NCBI GenBank assembly: GCA_907165135.1
Contig: OU015568.1
Coordinates: 2,728,001 to 2,792,000, forward strand
Reading direction: 5' to 3'
DNA: 64,000 nt
Source: Oikopleura dioica
Taxonomy: Eukaryota > Animalia > Chordata
Below are positions 49,824 through 62,212 of this stretch, one piece after another. Position numbers and translations under genes: made by a program. Below the pieces are notes generated by a model that was given only the letters and a program-made list of their open reading frames with translations, was not told the origin of the DNA and made no database searches. The stretch's first letter is position 1; every line of letters starts with the position of its first letter.

Positions 49824-51200
49824 CTAAATATCAAACTTACGCGAAAAAGAATTAAAGAGGAATGATAACCTTTTGGCTTCGAAGTTGAAGCTCTTCTTTT
49901 TGCTGTCGCCGCTTTCTTTTTTCTTCTTTTCGTCGTTGGCGATGCTCGTCGTAAGAATCGAAGGAGGAGAACGAGCTGTTAGAATCACTAGAAAAAATGC
50001 TGAAAAATATATTTGCATTAATGGTTACCTATTTCTCTGAATTCTTCTTTTGACCTTTCTCTCTTTCTTTGTCATATAAATCTGAAAACCCGCCGCAATC
50101 AAGCTCAACAAGCAAAGTCCACCCGCAGCGACTCCAATTATTTTCGGCACAGTCCAGCCACTCTCTTCTCCCTCCTCCCAGAGGTTCATCAACTCAAGCT
50201 CTTCCTTGTTTTTCTCGTAATTGGGAGTGATGTAGCCAGTTGAGCCACCAGGAAGATTCGATTTGATATCTGGAGATCTTTTTTCTGTTAAATTAAGGTA
50301 TTCTTGGTATAAAAGCTCGTAGCTACGCATTTTCGGAGAGAAAAATCGAGCAAAGTCGAACTTATTTTGCCCGAAAAAGACGGTGCCGCTCGTCTTTTTT
50401 ATAGTGGGTTTAGCATCATATATCGAAAGAATATTGTATTTAGGGCTATTATCTATTCGGTAGGTCGTTTCGGTTTCACTTTCGAATAATTAATTTTCAA
50501 TGATTTCAAATTGAAGAATAATTCATACTCATATATGAGAATTCCCGTTTTCGAGTCAAAATTATCAACAGTTCCTTGGCTCACTAGAATCCTTCTTCGA
50601 GTAAATCGTCGCTTGCTGCCCGGATGGCCCAATCATCGGTACTCCATTAGCCATAACTCTACTTGGCTCTTGGAAAGTCCCACTACTTTGAGAATTGCCA
50701 GGAGAAAAAGCTGGAGGAACTGAATTGCTGAATGGGCTTTGAGGATAGCTTGGATTCGCCCCTGCTGGGCCCGGGTTGAGCATGAACATGCCTCCATTGC
50801 CAAATGAATTTGTTGAGCTGGAAATTGGAACTGGCTGAATTGCTTCTTCTTTTGGCACTTTCCAGTAGTTGTACATGAATCCCTCTGTATCGATGTCACC
50901 GCTGTTTGCGCCGGTGAATGTTTTGATGCTGATTTCAGTGCTGTCAGAGACAAACTTCAACGGTAAATCTGTTCCGCAATACGGACCAGCTTCTCGTTTA
51001 CTTTTGACATCCGTGATGGTTAGGTTTTGAACCTCGCAGCTTGGATGCATTGAAAAATGCTGGAACTCGATGATGATTCGGTCGTTTGGGTCAGAAACGT
51101 AGATTTCATACTCGCAGTTCCAGCCGACCTGGATCGCGTTGGGGAAGGATTGAGAAACGACGATTCGCTGGTTTGTTTCTGCTCGGAGTTTATTTTCAAC
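49824..51200 (-). CDS. CUB-domain, probably single-pass membrane protein (5' exons may extend to ~51620)
   Basis: CUB pattern C...SQSFPNA...CEYEI...IIIEFQHFSM..SC...GPYCG......FVS....GF; downstream exon with TM IIGVAAGGLCLLSLIAAGF and a basic tail. The join between these parts is unresolved. Confidence 0.7.
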
Positions 51201-52673
51201 GCAAGCTAAGAAAGAGGAAGGTATAATTTATACCATATACCGTATAAAGCAATGGTGCAAGTAGTTATTAGAATTGATATTATTATTTTTTTCTCGAATC
51301 AGTTTCTAATTGAAAATTATTTATAAAAATTAGATATAAAGCTTTTATGGTTTTTTGCATCAAAAACTTACATGAAATATCCCAACGCATTGGTGGCAGT
51401 GAAGAGCATAGCTCTAGAATAAACAGAAGTCTCAGCATAATCATTATTTCTCTGTTAAAAATTTGTACGCGAAATTATGTCATGAAGTCAAAAAGCAATC
51501 TATTTCCCCGAAATGTTACTATTTCAGAGGGTGAACGATTCTAGCGCAGCACTTGAATCTGCCGCGGGGCAGGAAGAATGTACTCCCGTGTATCTGAATG
51601 GATGAAATAGCCCTTTTCAGGGACATGAAACATTTCTAAACAATTTTTCGCATAAATCAAGATTTTGAGGAAAACCATAAAATGAGAAAAATTTTATCAT
51701 TATTGAAATTTTCTCGATATTACAACTATGAAACTGTCCAAAAATGTGATTTAAGAATTGAGTTGATACTTCTTAAGATAATAAAAAATTCTCTCAAAAG
51801 ATTATTCCCAAAAATCAAAAATCCCCCTGAAACAGAACAGTCCTGAACCCCTGAGGGCACAAAATGATTTACTCTTGTGAGTTGAAGGATCCTTCTAAAA
51901 TCATCAGACAGCGCCTACCAGAAAAAAAAAGTTAGAACAAGAATTTTCTTTCTTTTGAAATGAATGAATCAGGTAATCTTTCATTTTCCGTCGAGGAAAA
52001 GAGCCCAACATGGCCAGAGTACAAAGACAAGAAATCGAGAGAAACGTGGATCATGGAAGTGGCGATTATTTTGAGCTTCGTAGGACTGGAGCTATCCGAT
52101 TTAATTAAAAAACTATTGAATTATGAACCAGAAATGAAAGCTCCGACAAAGGATCGTCAATTTTCGGCTTTTTGATCTGGACCTGCAGAAGGTAATTTTA
52201 CGCACAATCATCGGCGAAGGCAGCCTCTTTTTCAGAGCTCTGTTCACGCCTTCCGTTCCATCTACAGACAGGAGGACTCCCTTACGATTTTCCCCGCGGA
52301 CTTCCTTTCGGAAAAAATCTGATGCTGAATAAATTACGCTCAAACACGATGTCTGTTAATTTCAGCGCGTTTTCTTCAAAGGTCATTTATGTTATTTATT
52401 TTTTTCATTAAAATGTGAACTTGTCAAAAAGTTTATTTACGCTTGATTCAAAGTGAACCAAGCCTAAGTTTAATGAAAGAACGTCAACCCTTCATGAGCT
52501 TTGACTTTTCATAATTTCTGAGAAAATGAGGTCATTGCAAAATTAATGCACGTCAAGTCTAATTTGCTTTATTGGATTTAGATTTTCTCAACTCTCAAAG
52601 GATCGTTATCACTGATAATCAAGAAAAAGAAGGAAGAAAAAATTTTTTTTTCTGAATCAGAAAATTTTTTATT

Positions 52674-52949
52674 TCAAAATCGAGTTCTCAAATTGAGGGA
52701 ACAGCAGGATGGAAGATCAAGGATAATATTGCAGTGTTGGCGAAAAGTCATCATTTTCGCGGTCGGTTTCTTGGAAGTGAGAATTTCGCATTTGGAGCAA
52801 ACTTGGGCGTTGCAAATTTTCGATGCATCGAAAAGAGGAGGAGTTTGATTTCCGTGGTATCGTTGAAAACTCGCGAATCGGGCGCTTCTGATTTGGTTTC
52901 GTGCGGAAGCGGAAGAGACGAAGACATAGAAGAGGACGAGAAAATTCAT
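52674..52949 (-). CDS. 91-aa secreted Cys-rich peptide, unknown family
   Basis: Single ORF with signal peptide MNFLVLFYVFVSSASA and six cysteines (C-x4-C-x2-C...C-x8-CC). Confidence 0.7.
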   Translation of the reverse strand: MNFLVLFYVFVSSASARNQIRSARFASFQRYHGNQTPPLFDASKICNAQVCSKCEILTSKKPTAKMMTFRQHCNIILDLPSCCSLNLRTRF

Positions 52950-54026
52950 TCTTCGGTTTCTAATTTACGATCTTTAAAAGATGTTTAAAATCTTATTCGA
53001 GTTCTTTTTATACTTACGCGTTTATATACTTTTTGAGTCGAGGGCGCTCTCGCGAGCTTTCCAAGCTCAACAACAATTACGTTCGCCTTAATTTGAATAA
53101 GTTGACGCAAGGTGAAGACGCGGAGAATTTCTAGTCTGAAAACATTTCAATCATTAAGGATGGCTGTCCGTGAATGACATCACTTCTTGTTACGATTGAG
53201 AGCATGCATGATCTTTTAAGGTAAAAAGAAAATCTTCGTAAAAATAACTTTTCGGCAAAAATAAACGAAGCTTTCTTTGATTAAGCGTTCTGTTGATAAG
53301 AATTAATAAGGGCGTCCTTATGTTTATTTTTGTGCAAGATTTCTACTAATTTTTCATAAGCAAAATATTTAAAATTCTCAATTATTGTCCGGAAAAAAAT
53401 TATTTTCTTGTTTTATTCAAAAAAATATTTCTCTTACCTCAAAACACAAAAACTCCACCCTCTCTCTTTCTCTCTCTTCCCCTGATCCAGACTGTGTTAA
53501 AATGATCAAGCCGACTGTTAGAGTAAGCTTGGTTCAAAGCCGTTATTGTTCTGGCAAATCCGACTTGCCCGCCCGACAGTGACTGTCGCTCTAATAAAGA
53601 TTTATTAAAAATCCCCATAATATACTTTTCCCAATTTTCTCCCGGGGGAGGCTTTCATTTTTCCTCTTATTTGAGTTATTTTCTAAGATGACGCTTTTTG
53701 TATGCATGTAAATGATAATAGATAATGTCAGTTTCTATCAAATAAGTCAAAGAACTAATGCAAGGAATGCGGTTTCTTCTGATAAATGAACGCATTTGTC
53801 TTCAATAAGCAAATTTTATGCAGTTGGTACCCATTTTAGAATCTCGAAAACTGATGATTTCATGAAGTTCTTAGTTTTTATTGTGATCATAAAAATCAGA
53901 TTGGCGTAAACAGTATGAAGTTGAAAAAGTAAAAATATTGTACAGGAGTAAAAAGTATTTTCTTCTGTTATGTAAACAATCATAACATTCGTTCAGTATC
54001 AAAAAGAAAGAAAAAAATAACTATCT

Positions 54027-55162
54027 TCACATTTCATTTTCTGATTGCGCTGGAATATATTCGTTAGGGTTGCCTTGCACGCTGACGACTACTTTTCCTT
54101 GGCAGGTGTCTTTTGGGACCAATTTGTATTTGAACACTTCGAAGAGGCTTAAAAAAGGTAAGGAGTTGGAAAGAAGAGGGTAATCTTACTCTGTCTGGCA
54201 GCATTCTTGGACCTCTTTATCGTAAGATCTCCTGTTGGGATAGATTCCACAGCACTGGTCTCTCTCCTGACCCTGGTTTGCTCTAAGTCGGCACGAGGCA
54301 TCGTAGTCGAAATTTCCATCGAACTTGGAGTAAGGAGTGTAGTATTTTAAGTCAGGGCAGCTTTCTTGATTTCCTGCGTTCTAAAAGAAAGGATTATTGA
54401 CGCAAATAGGTAAGTTTCATTTTCTTACGCATTCAGATCGAAGTTGGGCGATCGACTCGGCAAAATCAACGTCACAGCGGCAGAGGTTTTCGGAGCTTGT
54501 TTTTCCGTTGAATTCACAGTTGATGGATCTTTCGTTGACTTGATCGCCGATGAAAATAGCGGTGTAGCCAAGTTCGGCAAGGGCGCCTTTGTTGTTTTTG
54601 TAGTCGAGATTGTAGTCGACGTCGATACATTTGTAACATCTAAAAGGGACGATTATTATGTTGTTTTCAAGGCTGGAACATGTCAGGATTCAAAGAAACA
54701 TTGATAATGAAGGAGGAAAGTACGATTACGTAAGACTAAGAGAGGTTAAACCCGGAGAAAGGTCCTTCACCTGTATAATTTGGAGCAAACAGAGTCAATT
54801 TTATCCATATGTTGGCCTCCACCAAGCTCTTGAACATTTTCGACGCCTTTGTTCCAGCAATAGCATCCGTAGCTCGTTTGGTCATCCTATCAATCGATTT
54901 ATCATAAATTACAAATGTTCGTTTTTTACCTCAATTTGTTGAAGATATTCCTCCGTCGGCTCTTTTCCTTCCAAGAATGCAACCATTTTCGCGATCTGCT
55001 CAAATTTCGTTGACGAGATTGTGTCTGGAAAGTATCGCTGCCCCTTTCCGAAATTTTCGTCTAGCCATGCTCCGGATAGATTACGCTTGATCGCTCCGTT
55101 GTAGTTTTTGGCGAAACCAGTGCTGGCGAAGGTTGATGTGAAGATTGTTGCGATGAGCTTCT
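54027..55162 (-). CDS. Third secreted PLA2-fold pseudoenzyme (divergent); start codon not located
   Basis: Hand-spliced exons: KLIATIFTSTFAS..., SYGCYCWNKG...GGGQHMDKIDSVCSKLYR/CYKC, LCRCDVDFAE, QCCGIYPNRRSY...ECC. Stop TGA at 54027-54029. Confidence 0.8.
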
Positions 55163-56962
55163 GAAAAATTTTGTTATTTCATCATTTCATAATTTCAAGA
55201 ATCCGAAATGACGTCGTAAAGCTCAAATAGTAGCAAGTGACATTTATTCTCATGAAATCTTGACTTCGGTTATTTCTCGAAGACCCTGAAAATTACATAA
55301 TTTTCAGAAACAAATTTCCTATCGCATAATTATGAAAAAAGATCATCATATATTTTATCTTACCATTTTCTGATCTCTTAGCGGCTATATTTGTTGGATC
55401 ATTTCTTACCGCATCGCTATTTATACGAGTTCGTTAATCCGTCCACCAGTCGGCTCAGGTTGTCCGTGAAATTTCGTGCCCCAGCTGTCGGTACGCGACT
55501 CGTGCCCCTCGCGAGCGCCCCCTGAAAAATTATGAAAAGGGATTTACGATTACGTCTGATCCGTTGTCGAGTTAGCTTGGCGGGGTTGTATTCCATCGCG
55601 GAAAACAATGCCTTTGCGTTTAAAATCGAGTTAAAAATGTCATGACTTTTGACTTTGATTTTGATTTAGAAAAATTCTCTTTAGAAAAGAAAATTAAATA
55701 AGTATGACGAGCCGTGAAAGCTGTCAAAAATGCAGGTTCTCATAGAAATGATAAGTTTTTACGATCTAAATAAGGAAATTTAAACATTGTCTGCTAGATT
55801 TTTTTACTCATTTCAAATTTATGGACGGCGCTGATTTTCGCCGGACAAATAATACTGACACTGGGTTCATGACGTTTTTTTTCATTAATTTTCAAGACGT
55901 GTCAGTGAAGGAAAATCTACGGCACGAATTCTCAATTCCATCAAATGGTTTATTGAAGCCCTAAAAAGGGCTACTGGAGCGTTATTGTGTCGCTGCTGTG
56001 AATTCTTCTCCTGGTCTGGAAGTGTGTTGGTTTCCCGCATATCGAGGATTTTCCCATGCTGATCTTTCTCAGCCTCATCAATTAATAACTTGACTCCACT
56101 TTATACCCATCGCCTGGATATACCAGACGAAGAGGTACCCCTTATGCAGGGTTATCTCAAATGTGACAAGACCGAGATTTTCTGCTGTTTATATACGGCC
56201 AGGTGAGAAGCACAATTCTTCTAGAGAATCTATGTCTCTTTTTGCTCTCGCTTGATCATTTTTTTTCTCTAGAGATGGTCGAGTTTCTCAGCTACTGCGC
56301 CGATGAGAAAGAAACACCTCCATCTAGAAAAGAAAATTCCCCGCGTTTCTCACCTGGGCGTATTTAAAGAGCGGGAATGCAGAAATTCTTCATTTTTGAG
56401 AAGCCTCGAGTACGGGGTGCTCCGTTTTCTGGAGCACCCAGGGAGCGACGTATGCAACGCGAAGTGCAATGGGAGATGTAAAAAAAAATCTTCCCGACAG
56501 CGAAGAAGATAAGGATCGATGCTACAAACGCGCACTTTCAATCGGCATTAGCCAATAACGACGACAACGTCAGCCCTTTTTAGGGCTGCAACTAACTGGT
56601 CAATCCAGAGTTCGAAATCCCGCGTTTGCCCAGGGGAAGATACGGGCACGGGCAAGAAAGTGAATATTCCCGAGGGCAAAAGCGGTCACGGGCAAAAAAA
56701 CGAATTTTCCCGCGGGCCAAGCGGGCACGGGCACAATAAAAAATATTCCCGCGGGCAAATTCGGGCACGGGCAAGATTCCCGCGAGCTTAAACGGGCACG
56801 GGCAGATTCAATGCACCTTATGAAAAAGTGTTTAAACTATTTAAATAGCAAGGAAATAGACACCAAATACTTGAGGGAGTATATTGAAAACTAATTTGCA
56901 TACAGAACTGTTATGACGTGCTTTTTTTAAAGTTAACGAAGTTTTCCAGCCCATTTCCGCCT

Positions 56963-57449
56963 TATAGACCCCCGAACATTATACCTTTACAAATCAACAG
57001 AAAATTTTAAGAACTTTAACGGTTCAAAATTTTAGAAAACTCCACTTCCGTTCGGTTCTAGAGCCGGAAGTTGACGTAATTTAGGTGTTATGGTGAAGTG
57101 TGACCTATCAAATTGATGCTCAGAGGATTTCCTATCATTTTTGACCAAGAATCAAGACCAACCGCGTTAAAATAAACCGGAAAAAAATGAAAAAGAATTC
57201 ATCACTTTATACCTTTTTTACATAATTTTAACGGTCGGTTTGACCAGGTTTGGGACTGTTTCTTCTGAAATATTGATTTTAGGATGACTCGAAAATTTGA
57301 TAGGTCACACTTTACCATTTTAACTAAATTTCGTCAACTTCCGGCTCTAGAATCGACCGGAAGTGGAGTTCTCTAGAATTTTAAACCGTTTTTGAAGTTT
57401 TTGAAATTTTCTACTGATTCTAAAAAAATATGGTGTTCGGGGGTCTATA
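56963..57449. mobile_element. MITE with ~170-bp imperfect inverted arms, TA/TATA target
   Basis: Termini TATAGACCCCCGAACA / TGTTCGGGGGTCTATA; internal inverted match ctagagccggaagttgacg...gtgtgacctatcaaatt versus aatttgataggtcacac...cgtcaacttccggctctag. Confidence 0.85.
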
Positions 57450-57689
57450 TTATAGAATAGGGTCGGCCAAAAAAAAATCGACCTCGTGTTTCAATTACGA
57501 ATTACACATCATTAGAAAGAGGAGAACGAGACGATTCGAATGGTACTAACCATTTGTCTGTGCGAGTTGGGGAAATTTTTTTAGAATTTTTTGAAAATCG
57601 CGATTTTTGTCACTAAAAACGTGAATCTTGGACGTTTCTAAATATCAAATTTTTGGCTACGCCAAATATCAAGCCTTGATTGGCAAGTG

Positions 57690-58030
57690 ATTGCCGACTT
57701 CGGTCAAGTTTGGCCACTTATTGCCGGAGGACCTTCCGGAGGACCCCTTACTGGAAGAAAAACTACTGGAGGACCAATAATAGAAAAAAATAAATAGCTT
57801 TTGAGGGCGACATACTGCCAATGTTGACCAATTTCGGTCACTTTCTGCCGGAGGACCTCCCAGAGGACCCCCTTACTAGAAGACCAACTGCTTGAAGACC
57901 AATATTCAAAAAAATATATAAAAAGCCTTGCTTGGCCTCAAACTGCCATATTTGACCACTTTCGGTCACTATCTGCCGTAAACCTTCCGAAGGAACCCGG
58001 GTGAAAGACCAACTCCTTGAGGATTTGTCT
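57690..58030. repeat. ~125-bp tandem repeat, ~2.7 copies
   Basis: gccggaggacct(t)cc motif recurs at 57723, 57847 and 57975. Confidence 0.8.
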
Positions 58031-58214
58031 CTTAAGCCCGTCTCTTAAATTCAGTCAGGTACTGTCAGTGGGTTGCGCAGATAGTGCACCTCTAAAGAGC
58101 GGGTAAAGGGTGCACCAGTCACGCAATCACTTTGAGCAAGTCTAGAAATAAACAATAGAAAAAGTGCGGGCGAAGAGTGCACCAACGCCTCAATCTTGAA
58201 TCATCAAATCTCGA

Positions 58215-59560
58215 AGCGGACCTCGGCCCCCCTCTTGAATTCAGTTAAGTAAGGCGCAAAAACGACCCGTTTAATTAAATTAAGTCAGGTAAGGGGTAAA
58301 GCCGACCCGAAGGGCAGGAAAGCCCCGTCTCCTGAATTCAGTCAGGTAAGGAGCCGAGCCGACCCGAAGGGGAGGCCAGCCTCGTCTCTTGAATTCAGTT
58401 AGACTCGAAGGGGAAGCGAGCTTGAGCTGAGAAACTGAAGTTTCTTGAATTCAGTTAGGTAAGGGGCAAAGCCGACCCGGAGGGGAGGCCAGTCCCGTTT
58501 CTTGGATTCAGTTAGGTACGGGGCCAAGCCGACTCGAAGGGGAGGCGAGCCCCATTTCTTAGATTCAGTTAGGTAAGGGGCCAAGCTGACCCGAAGGGGA
58601 GGCCAGCCTTGTCTCTTGAATTCAGTCATGAAAGAGGCCAAGCCGACCCGGAGCGAAGGCAAGTCCCGTTCCTTGGATTCAGTTAGGTACGGGGCCAAGC
58701 CGACTCGAAGGGGAGGCGAACCCCGTTTCTTGGATTCAGTTAGGTACGGGGCCAAGCCGACCCGAAAGGGAGGCGAGCTTTGTTTCTTGAATTCAGTCAT
58801 GTAAGGACCAAAGCCGACCCGGGGAGGCAAGCCCTGTTTCTTGGATTCAGTTAGGTACGGGTCGGCTTGGTCCTTTACCTGACTGAATTTAAGAGACGGG
58901 GCTGGCCTCCCTTCGAGTCGGCTTCGCCGCTTACCTGACTGAATACAAGAGACGGGGCTGGCCTCCCTTCGGGTCGGCTTTGCCCCTTACCTGACCGAAT
59001 TCAAGAGACGAGGCTGGCCTCCCTTTGAGTCGGCTTGGCCCCGTACTTAACGGAATCAAAGAAAGGGGCTGGCCTCCCCTTCGGGTCAGCTTGACGCCTT
59101 ACCTAACTGAATTCAAGAGATTGGTCTTGCCTCTCCTTCGGGTCGTTTTCGCGCCTTACTTAACTTAGTTCAAAAGATGAGGCCAGCCTCCCCTCAGAGT
59201 CGGTCTGGCTCTGCACCTAACTGAATTCAAGAAACGAGGCTTATTTATATTGCGTTCTAAATAAGCCTCCGTACTATGGTAACTGGGCGTTAGCTTGGAA
59301 TTTCATTTTAACAATATTTATTGGCCCCGTCTCAGACTGAAATGCATGGACGGTGCTATCTTCCCCTTCGGGTCGGCTTGGCCCCATCTCAGACTGAATT
59401 GCATAAACGGAGCTGGATCGCCCTTCGGGTCGGCTTGGCCCCGTCTCAGACTTGAATGCATGAACGGAGCTAGCCTCCCCTTCGGGTCGGCTTGGCTCCA
59501 TTTCAGACTAAATGAACGGCATTACATAAACGAAGCTGGGTTGCCCTTCGGGTCGGGATA
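58215..59560. repeat. 57-bp minisatellite in two oppositely oriented arms, switch at ~58860
   Basis: agttagg/agtcatg recurs at 58510, 58567, 58624, 58681, 58738 and 58795; reverse-complement units from 58860 onward, with a variant subfamily at 59320-59560. Confidence 0.92.
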
Positions 59561-59860
59561 TCTTTTCGACCATAGCACCTGAATTACAAATGACAGAGAT
59601 AAACTAAAAACTGTAATAGAAAGAAAAGCGTCTGTAGATCATTTTCGCAGAAAGAATTTTTGTAATATCTAAGATCAAAAACAAATAAAGCGCTCGTAAA
59701 CTCGTGCCTAAGCAAGCTCGCCAAGGTTCCTTAAGACAGTTAGGAAAACGAAAAAGTCGTTTAGAAAAAAAATGAGTGAACATGAGTCAGCAGGAGCAAA
59801 TGAGAGAAAAGTAGTGGCGATTCTCGGTTGTATTCATGTGCTCCGAGTGAGATTCATAAG

Positions 59861-60760
59861 AGGACTTCTGATTCTTTGAGGATTATTCAAAAAGACATTT
59901 TGTGCATCTTGAACCCTGTGTATGACTGTATGCAATTTCCAAAATCATTTAGTAAGCCTTTCTAATACAGACACTGACTTACAGATGATAGGTATCAGTT
60001 TGAGGACTTCTGATACTTTGAGGATTATTCAAAAAGACAAATTGTGCATCTTGAACCCTGTTAATGACTGTATGCGATTTCAGAAGTCATCGACTAAGCC
60101 TTTTTAAAACAGACACTGACTTACAGACAACAGGTATCAGTTGGAAGAATTCTGATACCTTGAGGATTATTCAAATAGACATTTTGGGCATCTTTAGCCC
60201 TGTTTATGACTGTATACGATTTTCGAAGTCATTGACTAGGCCTCTCTATTACAGACACTGACTAACAGATGATAGGTATCAGTTAGAGGACATCTGATAC
60301 TTTGAGGATTGTCCAAAAAGACATTTTGGGCATCTTTAGCCCTGTTTATTACTTTATGCGATTTTCGGAGTCATTGACTAAGCCTCTCTTTTACAGACAC
60401 TGACTAACAGATGATAGGTATCAGTTAGAGGACATCTGATACTTTGAGGATTATCCAAAAAGACATTTTAGGCATCTTTAGCCCTGTTAATGACTGTATG
60501 CAATTTCGGAAGTCATTGACTAAGCCTTTCTAATACAGACACTGACTTACAGATGACAGGTATCAGTTAGAGGACTTCTGATACTTTGAGGATTATCCAA
60601 AAAGACATTTTGGGCATCTTTAGCCCTGTTAATCAATGTATGCAATTTTCGGAGTCATTGACTAAGCGGTTCTAATACAGACATTACCTAACAGATCATA
60701 GGTATCAGTAGCAGGACTTCTGATGATGTCAGCATAATTCAAAAAGACATTTTGTGTAAT
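59861..60760. repeat. 142-bp tandem satellite, ~6.3 copies
   Basis: aggac(t/a)tctg anchor at 59861, 60003, 60145, 60287, 60429, 60571 and 60713. Confidence 0.95.
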
Positions 60761-61496
60761 TTGAACGACTAGAAACTACATTTATAGTGCTTAAGGTCAT
60801 TCAAGACCTCTTAATGATACAGATAGAGACCAACAGATCCTCTGTTATTAGAGTCTCATGAATATCACTGATGATATCCACACAATACTTAGTTAATAAT
60901 TTCTTATCAACGTTCAAACATATAGATAAGAATTTGAACCTTTTTGTCCTCTTAAAAGATTTTTTCTTCAATTTTAAGGCTTCGTAAAAATCCAGTAGTT
61001 TTATTTAAAAATTATTTTAAAAAATTCCCCAATTCATATAGATATTCTGTAAGAGCAAAGTAATTCCTAAGTGTTTAATCTAACTTATGAGCAAAAATTT
61101 GGAACTGAAACATCTCTCTTTATTGATTTATGAATGAATGAATACCTTGGTTATCCATATAAAAGGGTAATTGGAACAAAACACCCTTCCATAAAAATGG
61201 TACATGAGTTTTCTATTTCTTTTCTGTTTACTACCTGTAAACTTTAAACCCTGCTCTATTATCTTCTGTCATCAAATATATGATTTACCTTATATATATA
61301 GCGAATTTATTTTTTAAAGCAAGTATGTCAAATTCAAGTCCCAATTTTTGGAAAAAATGCCCTTCAGTGAGACCTGAGCATCGGATCTCGGCAATTTTTG
61401 GGTTATAAAGGTTTTTGAGCACCGCGAGTCCACTGAAACTGGTTTCGAAAGGATTGGAGATCAAAAATTTTTTTTGGCCGACCCTATTATAGAAAA

Positions 61497-62212
61497 TCGC
61501 CGTTTGCCCAACTTGGAGAAACGGAGATCTTGGGCAAACGGCGATCTGAAAAAGTTTATATTAATTGATCATTAGACATTATTTGGCTTTTTAATGTCAA
61601 TCCTGGCTTCTTCAACGCCAATCCTGGCTTCACCAACATCAATCATGTTTTCTCCAATATCATCGACACTACATCAATTATGGCTTCTCCATCGCCAATT
61701 CTCGCTTCACCGACTTCAAATATGGCTTCTCCAATGTCCATCCCGGGTTCTTCGACGTCAATCCCGATTTCTCCATCGTCGATCCCGACTTCTCCAACGT
61801 CGATCCCGGCTTCATCCATCTTCATCTCGGCTTTTTCAACGCCAATTTTATCTTGAAGAAGCCATGATCGACATTCGAGAAGCGATGATTGACAACTGAG
61901 AAGCCGGGAGTAACGTTTGAGAAGCTTGGATTGAAGTAAGTGACGCCCGGATCAGCATTGAAGAAGCCGGGATTGACGCTGGAGATTCCAGGATTCAAGT
62001 TTGAGCCACCAAGATTGACGTCTGAAAAGCTAGGATCGAAGTTTTTGAAGCCGGGATTGAAATAAGTGAAGCCGGGATTGACTGTGAAGAAGACAATAAA
62101 AGAAAATAAAAATATAATATAATATATAAGAGAAAATAAAATCAATCAATTTAAACTAATTCACATCGCCGTTTGCCCAAGTCGCCGTTTGCCCAACTTG
62201 GGGAAACGGAGA
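61497..62212. mobile_element. Foldback-like element with inverted 21-bp minisatellite arms
   Basis: 16-bp IR ttgggcaaacggcgat (61530-61545) / atcgccgtttgcccaa (62165-62180), bracketed by 31-bp direct repeats (61497-61527, 62182-62212). aatcc(c/t)ggcttcttcaacg(c/t)c units flip orientation near 61855. Confidence 0.75.

Larger units (their letters stand above)
57458..61486. mobile_element. 4.0-kb non-autonomous hAT-type element nested in the 6-kb element
   Basis: TIR TAGGGTCGGCCAAAAAAAA at both ends; exact 8-bp TSD TTATAGAA at 57450-57457 and 61487-61494. Confidence 0.92.

Noticed and set aside
56592-56774. ORFs in the CGGGCACGGG arrays (also 62338-62659)
   Set aside because: Artefacts of GC-rich subterminal repeats.
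58399-58830. 143-aa ORF with 19-aa repeats
   Set aside because: Direct translation of the 57-bp minisatellite; no evidence of coding constraint.
58215-60760. CRISPR-like array or hammerhead ribozyme array
   Set aside because: Units are contiguous with no unique spacers and no cas genes; the hammerhead core CUGAnGA...GAAA is absent.
61594-62145. Repeat-protein ORFs (NPGF heptads)
   Set aside because: They lie in inverted minisatellite arms of a repeat element and have no credible start or signal context.
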